Shown here piece by piece: positions 16,309 to 24,000 of a stretch of DNA of 24,000 nucleotides (within the stretch, counting starts at the first letter, position 1; the number at the start of each line of letters is the position of its first letter). Source of the stretch: an uncultured Syntrophomonadaceae bacterium (GTDB taxonomy: Bacteria > Bacillota > Syntrophomonadia > Syntrophomonadales > Syntrophomonadaceae). The stretch spans positions 1-24,000 of the forward strand of contig CAZEPV010000009.1 of the NCBI GenBank assembly GCA_964514235.1, given 5' to 3'. The position numbers and the translations under genes were made by a program. The notes under the pieces are model-generated. The model worked only from the letters and a program-made list of their open reading frames with translations. It had not been told where the DNA came from and did not search any database.

Positions 16309-16860
16309 CTATAATCCCAATTCATCGGCTACCTTTTGCATACTTCCTAAACATATAGTTAGAAATTCATCTAATTCCAGGCCTAGTTCAGCACAAGTAG
16401 CCATTTGTTCCCGACTAGCACCTTTGGCAAAAGCCTTCTCTCTAAATCTTTTTTTCAGTGATTTAAGCTTAACTTCTGCTAATTTTTTATCTGGTCTTAC
16501 TAAGGCTGCAGCAGTTATAAAACCACTAGTTGGATCTGCAGCATATAAGGCTTTGTCCAATAAAGTGTTACGTTTTAATCCATGTGCCTCATTATGTACC
16601 TTTATTGCATAAACAATATCAGCTTCTATACCCTGTTTTTCCAATATTTCTGCCCCTAGCAAGGAATGACGTCCGATTTCATCGACTGTCATGTCATAAT
16701 CTATGTCGTGCAGTAAACCAGCCAAGCCATACTTTTCCACATCTTCCCCTAGCCTTTCGGCTAATCCTATCATTATCGCTTCTACTGCTAAAGAATGTTT
16801 TATTAAGTTGTCATTTTTTAAATATTTCTTTAATAAATCTAAAGCCTTCTCCCTTTGCAT
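16309..16860 (-). CDS. HD-domain metal-dependent phosphohydrolase
   Basis: 183 aa with H...HD signature (IKHSLAVEAIM...GLLHDIDYD). RBS is GGAGGA. Confidence 0.8.
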   Translation of the reverse strand: MQREKALDLLKKYLKNDNLIKHSLAVEAIMIGLAERLGEDVEKYGLAGLLHDIDYDMTVDEIGRHSLLGAEILEKQGIEADIVYAIKVHNEAHGLKRNTLLDKALYAADPTSGFITAAALVRPDKKLAEVKLKSLKKRFREKAFAKGASREQMATCAELGLELDEFLTICLGSMQKVADELGL

Positions 16861-16879
16861 TTATAATCCTCCTAGTTTT

Positions 16880-17629
16880 TTATATATTTATCCTTATAAA
16901 ATCTATAATTAAACCTGCAATTTCCGGCACATCTTTACCCATCGTAACCACATGCTGGGCTTCCCTTATTTCAACTAGTTGCGCTTTACCAGGGACTTTT
17001 TGTTTTATTAGGTGAATACCTGCTGGATTTACAGATTCATCAGCTTGGGATTGAATCAAAAGTAAAGGTGCTTCGATATTATCTAATACTTGCAAGGTCT
17101 TGTTTCTTAATTTCATCATGCTTCTAAAGGCCTTAACGGGAATATAATCGTAAGCAAATCTCCCCAACCTTTTAAGTGCTAACTGATTTTCCCTAGGCTT
17201 TTTAAAATAGGGCTTCACCCAGCCAGCTAAGGGGGCTATAAGTTCCAATAGCCCATATCTTAATCTTATCGGTGGATTTATAGCCACTACCCCTTTTATA
17301 TCGGGCATATTAGCTCCCAGATACAAAGATAATAGACCTCCTAAGGACAAGCCTACCACAAAAACTTTATCATAATTAGCTAGTAGGTATTCACATTCCT
17401 TCTCTACAGAACTATACCAATCCTGCCAATCAGTAATATTAAGCAAGCTAGGGTGGCTGCCATGGCCTGGTAATAGTATACCACTCGCTGTAATGCCAAT
17501 ACCTTGGTGTAATAATTGTGCTAGCTGATAAATTTCGGAGGGTGAAGCTGTAAAGCCGTGAATAAATAATATAGCAGTATTGCTACCACTAAAATAAAAT
17601 GGTTCCGCACGCGGATGAATGTATATCAT
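16880..17629 (-). CDS. est: Carboxylesterase / alpha-beta hydrolase (Est/YvaK-like)
   Basis: ILFIHGFTASPSE plus the nucleophile elbow GLSLGG and late Asp/His blocks. It occupies the position between secG and rnr, as in Bacillus. Confidence 0.8.
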   Translation of the reverse strand: MIYIHPRAEPFYFSGSNTAILFIHGFTASPSEIYQLAQLLHQGIGITASGILLPGHGSHPSLLNITDWQDWYSSVEKECEYLLANYDKVFVVGLSLGGLLSLYLGANMPDIKGVVAINPPIRLRYGLLELIAPLAGWVKPYFKKPRENQLALKRLGRFAYDYIPVKAFRSMMKLRNKTLQVLDNIEAPLLLIQSQADESVNPAGIHLIKQKVPGKAQLVEIREAQHVVTMGKDVPEIAGLIIDFIRINI

Positions 17630-17650
17630 TTAAATAATCTTCCCCCAGAT

Positions 17651-17686
17651 TAAAAAAAGGCAGGTGGTAAATATACCCACCTGCCT
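17651..17686 (-). terminator. Rho-independent terminator after hppA
   Basis: The minus strand reads GGCAGGUGG-guauauuua-CCACCUGCC followed by UUUUUUU (plus-strand 17659-17667 / 17677-17685, A-run 17652-17658). Confidence 0.9.
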
Positions 17687-17706
17687 TTCTATACTTTTTA
17701 TTGCTT

Positions 17707-19692
17707 TTACAAGAATAAAGGAATAAGTACCAAAGAAACAATAGTCATTAACTTAATTAAAATATTAAGTGAAGGACCAGAAGTATCTTTACATGGGTCA
17801 CCTACTGTATCGCCAACAACTCCTGCGGCGTGGGCTTCACTACCTTTACCCCCATAATTACCCGCTTCGATAAATTTCTTGGCATTATCCCAGGCACCAC
17901 CGGCATTGGCCAGCATAATAGCTAGACATACCCCAGAAGCCAGGGCACCAGCTAACATTCCAGCTAGGGCATTAACATTCCACAAGCCCATGGCTAGAGG
18001 AGCTACAACCGCTAATACACCAGGAATAATCATTTCTTTAATAGCAGAGGAAGTACTTATATCAACACACTTAGCATAATCGGGTTTTCCTGTACCTTCC
18101 ATTATACCAGGTATTTCCCTAAATTGACGTCTAACTTCATTAACCATTTCGGCTGCTGCTCTACCTACTGCACCCATAGTCAAGGCGGAGAAGAAGAAAG
18201 GTAACATAGCACCGAACAATAGTCCTACGATGACTTCAGGGTTTAAGAGACTTAAATCTGTAGCTTGTATCCCAGCAACTTGAGCAAAAGCGGTTAATAG
18301 TGCTAAAGCGGTAAGAGCCGCTGAACCTATGGCAAAACCTTTGCCTATTGCTGCAGTAGTATTACCGACTGAATCTAGTCTATCCGTAGTTTCCCTAACC
18401 TCATGGGGTAATTCAGCCATTTCTGCTATACCCCCAGCATTATCAGCGATAGGACCATAAGCATCAACCGCTACTACCATTCCAGTTGTAGCCAGCATAC
18501 CTACAGCTGCCATAGCTATGCCATAAACACCACCCGTTAAAAAGGCGATCATTATAGCTATACAAATTACTGCAATAGGGAATAAAGTAGATAACATACC
18601 TACTCCTAAACCCGCAATAATAGTTGTTGCTGGACCAGTTTGAGCTGATTTAGCAATACCTTGAACTGGCTTATATTCATCAGAAGTATAATATTCGGTA
18701 ATTAACCCGATTAGGGTCCCAGCAATTAGGCCAGCTACTATAGACCAGAAAACATTGAAAAATTCTGCAGGAAGTATGTACTTAACTGCCAAAAAGGCAA
18801 TTACAAGTAATATAGCCGCAGAACCGAAAGTTCCCGCATTAAGGGCTTTGAGTGGGTTAGAATTTTCATCAGTTCTCACAAAGAATGTACCAATAATAGA
18901 GGCAAGAACTCCACCCGCTGCAATAACCATAGGTAATAGGATTCCACCAATATCCATAGCAGCAAAACCTACCATACCCAAGGTCATAGCCGCAATTATT
19001 GAACCAACATAGGATTCAAAAAGGTCTGCACCCATTCCAGCAACATCACCAACATTATCACCTACATTATCGGCAATAGTTGCAGGGTTTCTAGGATCAT
19101 CTTCTGGTATTCCAGCTTCTACTTTACCTACTAAGTCTGCACCAACGTCAGCAGCCTTAGTATAAATACCACCACCAACTCGGCCGAACAAAGCTATGGA
19201 ACTAGCACCTAGGGCAAAACCATTTACTATGGTAGGATCCCTAAAAATAATATAAAGGATACCTAGGCCTAGTAGACCTAAACCTGTCACCGACATCCCC
19301 ATAACAGCCCCACCTGAAAATGCAATGCCTAAAGCTGCATTTTGGGAAGAACGTGCTGCATTAGCAGTCCTTACATTAGCCTTAGTAGCAACTGTCATAC
19401 CTATGTAACCAGCTAAAGCCGAACAAGTAGCACCAACTATGAAGGATATAGCTGTTTTCCAGGAATTTTCGGGCAGAACCAGGCCTAAACCCAAAAATAC
19501 AATTACTACAAATATAGCTATAGCACGATATTGTCTCGATAGAAAAGCCATAGCACCTTCATGAATATAGTTGGAAATCTCAACCATCCGCTCTGTTCCT
19601 GTGTCTGCTTTTTTAACTTTTGAAGATAAATATAAAGCAAATAAGAGAGCCAAAGCCCCCCCAGCAGGAGCATATAAAACTAAGTTTTCCAT
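17707..19692 (-). CDS. hppA: Membrane-bound ion-translocating pyrophosphatase, K+-dependent subfamily
   Basis: 661 aa polytopic protein with [46 protein letters not shown] and [21 protein letters not shown] motifs. Confidence 0.95.
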   Translation of the reverse strand: MENLVLYAPAGGALALLFALYLSSKVKKADTGTERMVEISNYIHEGAMAFLSRQYRAIAIFVVIVFLGLGLVLPENSWKTAISFIVGATCSALAGYIGMTVATKANVRTANAARSSQNAALGIAFSGGAVMGMSVTGLGLLGLGILYIIFRDPTIVNGFALGASSIALFGRVGGGIYTKAADVGADLVGKVEAGIPEDDPRNPATIADNVGDNVGDVAGMGADLFESYVGSIIAAMTLGMVGFAAMDIGGILLPMVIAAGGVLASIIGTFFVRTDENSNPLKALNAGTFGSAAILLVIAFLAVKYILPAEFFNVFWSIVAGLIAGTLIGLITEYYTSDEYKPVQGIAKSAQTGPATTIIAGLGVGMLSTLFPIAVICIAIMIAFLTGGVYGIAMAAVGMLATTGMVVAVDAYGPIADNAGGIAEMAELPHEVRETTDRLDSVGNTTAAIGKGFAIGSAALTALALLTAFAQVAGIQATDLSLLNPEVIVGLLFGAMLPFFFSALTMGAVGRAAAEMVNEVRRQFREIPGIMEGTGKPDYAKCVDISTSSAIKEMIIPGVLAVVAPLAMGLWNVNALAGMLAGALASGVCLAIMLANAGGAWDNAKKFIEAGNYGGKGSEAHAAGVVGDTVGDPCKDTSGPSLNILIKLMTIVSLVLIPLFL

Positions 19693-19761
19693 GTTAAATC
19701 CATCATCTCCTCGAATATTAAGTTATATATCAAAAATTTTATTCCCTACCTATATATATCT

Positions 19762-19989
19762 CTATAGTAAGGCTAAGGCTAAGGTTAAAATTAAAAAACC
19801 TGCCGCAACGTACCCAGTCACTTTAGAAAGTAATTCATCGACCCCTTTACTCTTACTTCCGAACAGGGCCTCGCCTCCACCAGCAATACTGCCGGATAAT
19901 CCTGCACTTTTACCAGATTGTAAAAGTATTACAGTAACAAGTCCGATAGCAAAAATTACCTGGAATACAAGCAATATGGTTTTAACCAA
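19762..19989 (-). CDS. secG: Preprotein translocase subunit SecG
   Basis: 75 aa, two TM helices flanking a Gly-rich loop (LLQSGKSAGLSGSIAGGGEALFG). TTG start with GGAGGTG 5 nt upstream. Confidence 0.9.
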   Translation of the reverse strand: MVKTILLVFQVIFAIGLVTVILLQSGKSAGLSGSIAGGGEALFGSKSKGVDELLSKVTGYVAAGFLILTLALALL

Positions 19990-20075
19990 AATTTCACCTC
20001 CATTACTTCACCACTCCGAGAGCCAAAATATATTCTAGCACAAGAATATCAAAAAAAACAGTATTTGTCTCCTAA

Positions 20076-21383
<1,308 letters not shown>

Positions 21384-21398
21384 TTATACGTTTTACCG

Positions 21399-21475
21399 AT
21401 GTCACTCTGAGCGAATTGCGAAGACTCTTAACCATTCCCAGATAGAACGATCCTTCACTTGGTTCAGGATGACAC
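21399..21475 (-). repeat. Imperfect ~28-bp inverted repeat / long RNA hairpin in the gpmI-eno spacer
   Basis: In the minus-strand RNA, arm 1 GUGUCAUCCUGAACCAAGUGAAGGAUC (plus-strand 21475-21449) pairs with arm 2 GAGUCUUCGCAAUUCGCUCAGAGUGACAU (plus-strand 21427-21399). The outer block has 11/12 pairs and the inner block 9/10, including four G.U pairs that exist only in the sense transcript. Confidence 0.55.
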
Positions 21476-21513
21476 CAGGTAAATTAGCCCTTTATTTTCT
21501 CACGTCTTACTTT

Positions 21514-23070
21514 TCACGTTTCACGTTTTTTTACTAAAGGTTTTCCCGTCATTTCTTCTGGTATTTCTAGGCCCAGTAAATATAAAATTGTTGGTGCAAT
21601 ATCGCTTAATGAAGCATCTTCGTACAAGGTATAATCCCGATAACTCCCGTTTACCAAAATAAAAGGAATCGGCTCCACCGTATGGGCCGTATATGGTCCA
21701 CCTGATAGAGGGCAAACCATCTGTTCACAGTTCCCATGATCAGCCGTTACAATTACTGTACCCTTTTTGGCCAAAACTAAATCCACCACTTCCTGCAAAC
21801 ATTCATCTACTACTTTTACCGCCTCCACCGCAGCCTCTAAAACCCCAGTATGCCCGACCATATCGGCATTAGCGTAGTTTAAGATGATTACATCATAAAT
21901 ATCCTTGGCTATTTCTTCCTTAACCCGCGCTGTAATTTCATAAGCACTCATTTCAGGTTTTAGGTTATATGTTGCCACCTGTGGAGAAGGAATCAGAATT
22001 CTTTTTTCCCCCTCATTAGGCTCCTCTACCCCACCATTAAAAAAGAAGGTCACATGAGCATATTTTTCCGTTTCTGCTATTCTAAGCTGCTTTAAACCAT
22101 GGGCAGCCAAGACTTCACCTAAAGTATTATTAAGATTTTGGGGTGGGAAGGCTACTGGGGCATCAATATTTATATCATATTGGGTCATACATACGAAATG
22201 GACTTTAGGCAATAACCCCCTGGGGAAATGGGAAAATTCCTTGTCAACAAAGGTCTGGGTGATTTGGCGCGCCCTATCAGCCCTAAAATTGAAAAATATA
22301 ATACTGTCCCCATCCCTAACTGGCCCGATGGGCAAGCCATCTTTATCTACCATAACTACAGGCTCCACAAATTCGTCACTTACTCGTACATCGTAACTAT
22401 TGCTTATAGCTGCATGGGGGTTAGTTGCTTTAACCCCTTCCCCTTTAACCATGGCTAGATAGAATAGTTCAATGCGCTCCCAACGGTTATCCCTATCCAT
22501 ACCGTAAAAACGGCCAGACAAGCTTGCGATTTGTCCGATCCCTAATCTAGCACAATCTTCTTCTACCCTATTGATATACTTTAGAGCACTTTTAGGTGCT
22601 ACATCACGACCATCTAAAAACCCGTGGATAAAGACCTTGTCTAGCCCTTGGGTTTTACACAGTTCTAATAAGGCCGCCAAGTGTTCAATATGGCTATGCA
22701 CACCCCCATCGGATAATAAGCCCATCAAGTGCAGGACACCCGAATTTTCCTTAGCATAATTAATGGCTTCTATAAATTTCTCATTCTGAAAAAAGTTTCC
22801 CTCTTCAATAGCATTACTAATACGGGAAATTTCTTGGTAGACTACCCTACCTGCCCCTATATTCAAATGTCCCACTTCCGAATTGCCCATTTGCCCAGGA
22901 GGTAGCCCCACATCTTGGCCAGAACATTTTAGTAATGAAGTTGGATAAGTAGCCCTTAAATTATAAAAGTTCTTAGGATTTGCCAGGAAAATGGCATTAT
23001 CTTCAGTTTCAATTCGATGGCCCCATCCATCCAGTATCATTAAAACGACTGGTCTACCCAATATTTTCAC
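21514..23070 (-). CDS. gpmI: 2,3-bisphosphoglycerate-independent phosphoglycerate mutase
   Basis: VVLMILDGWG, NSEVGHLNIGAGR, HLMGLLSDGGVHSH and ADHGN motifs. GTG start overlapping the tpiA 3' end by 17 nt. Confidence 0.95.
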   Translation of the reverse strand: MKILGRPVVLMILDGWGHRIETEDNAIFLANPKNFYNLRATYPTSLLKCSGQDVGLPPGQMGNSEVGHLNIGAGRVVYQEISRISNAIEEGNFFQNEKFIEAINYAKENSGVLHLMGLLSDGGVHSHIEHLAALLELCKTQGLDKVFIHGFLDGRDVAPKSALKYINRVEEDCARLGIGQIASLSGRFYGMDRDNRWERIELFYLAMVKGEGVKATNPHAAISNSYDVRVSDEFVEPVVMVDKDGLPIGPVRDGDSIIFFNFRADRARQITQTFVDKEFSHFPRGLLPKVHFVCMTQYDINIDAPVAFPPQNLNNTLGEVLAAHGLKQLRIAETEKYAHVTFFFNGGVEEPNEGEKRILIPSPQVATYNLKPEMSAYEITARVKEEIAKDIYDVIILNYANADMVGHTGVLEAAVEAVKVVDECLQEVVDLVLAKKGTVIVTADHGNCEQMVCPLSGGPYTAHTVEPIPFILVNGSYRDYTLYEDASLSDIAPTILYLLGLEIPEEMTGKPLVKKRET

Positions 23071-23818
23071 CGATCCTAACTAAATTTGCCAAAGAAAGAG
23101 GGTTAAGGCTAGCTCCTCCTACCAATGCACCATCAAGATCAGGCATATTTAAAAAGCCAGCTAGATTTTCCTCTTTGACACTACCACCGTATAAAATTAT
23201 AGTTGCTTGTGCAGTGCTTTCATCGTATATAGCTTTTAATTCCTGGCGGATAATAGCACACATTTCCTGAGCATCATCTGCACTTGCATTAATTCCTGTC
23301 CCAATAGCCCAGACAGGTTCATAAGCAATAATAATAGGGGGCTTGATTCCCTGCAAACTAGCTAATTGGGCTTTTACAATTGGGATAGCTTGCTTACTTT
23401 CCCGTTCTGCTAAAGTTTCTCCTACACAGAGAATAGGAATTAAACCAGCCTCTATAGCTACCTGTAATTTACGCTTAATAACATCATCATCTTCAGCCAA
23501 TATATGACGGCGTTCTGAATGGCCAATAAGCACATATTTACAGCCAGTATCTTTTAGCATGTCAGCTGCAATTTCACCCGTAAATGCCCCGCTCTTTTCA
23601 TAAAATAGATTTTGTCCCCCTAAAAAAACCTTGGTGTCAACCAGCTTTTGCTGCATCCTATCTAAACAAGTAAAAGGAGGACAAATGGCCATTTCCACTT
23701 GATCGACATCCTGGATTAAAGGCAAAAACTCTTGCAAAAATTCTTCAGCTTCAGCAAGAATTTTGTTCATTTTCCAATTGGCAATAATAACTTTTTTTCG
23801 GATTAAACCCACCTCCAT
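23054..23818 (-). CDS. tpiA: Triosephosphate isomerase
   Basis: IIANWKMN, VLIGHSERR, AYEPVWAIGTG and YGGSV motifs. The ATG lies 3 nt after the pgk TGA. Confidence 0.95.
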   Translation of the reverse strand: MEVGLIRKKVIIANWKMNKILAEAEEFLQEFLPLIQDVDQVEMAICPPFTCLDRMQQKLVDTKVFLGGQNLFYEKSGAFTGEIAADMLKDTGCKYVLIGHSERRHILAEDDDVIKRKLQVAIEAGLIPILCVGETLAERESKQAIPIVKAQLASLQGIKPPIIIAYEPVWAIGTGINASADDAQEMCAIIRQELKAIYDESTAQATIILYGGSVKEENLAGFLNMPDLDGALVGGASLNPLSLANLVRIGENIG

Positions 23819-23821
23819 TAA

Positions 23822-24000
23822 TCAGCGACTACAAGCAAGGACCCCTGGTAAGGGCAGACCCTCTAAAAATTCTAGTGTAGCCCCACCTCCAGTTGAAATA
23901 TGGGTTATACCTTTTTCCAAACCCATGTTTTTAACTGCAGCAGCCGAGTCTCCCCCCCCTATTACAGTAACTGCATTAGACTTAGCCATAGTTTTGGCTA
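23822..24000 (-). CDS. pgk: Phosphoglycerate kinase, C-terminal fragment (gene starts beyond window)
   Basis: The minus-strand frame reads ...[53 protein letters not shown], then TGA at 23824-23822. This is the canonical PGK C-terminus. Confidence 0.9.
   Translation of the reverse strand, partial: AKTMAKSNAVTVIGGGDSAAAVKNMGLEKGITHISTGGGATLEFLEGLPLPGVLACSR

Noticed and set aside
21500-21526. Three copies of ACGTGA (minus strand) at the gpmI 3' end, considered as a regulator binding array
   Set aside because: Two of the three copies are simply the codons for the C-terminal KRET-stop of gpmI. The motif is short and unevenly spaced.

Overview
Chromosomal window from a low-GC, Clostridia-like Firmicute, judged from strong GGAGG-type RBSs, the tmRNA tag AEDNFALAA and Bacillus/Clostridium-like gene order. 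About 90% is coding. I found no transposase, integrase, CRISPR array or recognisable defence gene. The window has three blocks. (1) 0.3-5.1 kb holds a LysR regulator convergent with a tightly packed five-gene minus-strand selenium operon: yedE, yedF, a DUF3343-fusion gene, a carbohydrate-kinase-like gene and selD. SelD is itself a selenoprotein, and its first 40 codons are hidden from the ORF track by an in-frame UGA. The two middle genes have no assigned function and are my best candidate for an undescribed system, namely selenium trafficking or activation feeding SelD. (2) 5.3-14.1 kb holds an orphan 320-aa protein, smpB-ssrA (tmRNA) with a degenerate copy of the tmRNA 3' end about 415 bp downstream (a relic att site), a small XRE regulator plus 4-TM membrane protein behind a canonical promoter and a perfect 20-bp palindrome, then on the minus strand a DUF3298-like gene, selO, a crotonase and an acyl-CoA ligase. 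(3) 14.1-24 kb is a conserved minus-strand housekeeping block: pgk(partial)-tpiA-gpmI-eno-secG-hppA-est-HD hydrolase-rnr. rnr and smpB-ssrA are convergent and about 7 kb apart instead of adjacent and co-oriented, which suggests an inversion or insertion at the tmRNA locus. Several ORF-track N-termini are over-extended, and I corrected them using RBS positions. All functional calls rest on motif recognition by eye; no database search was possible.
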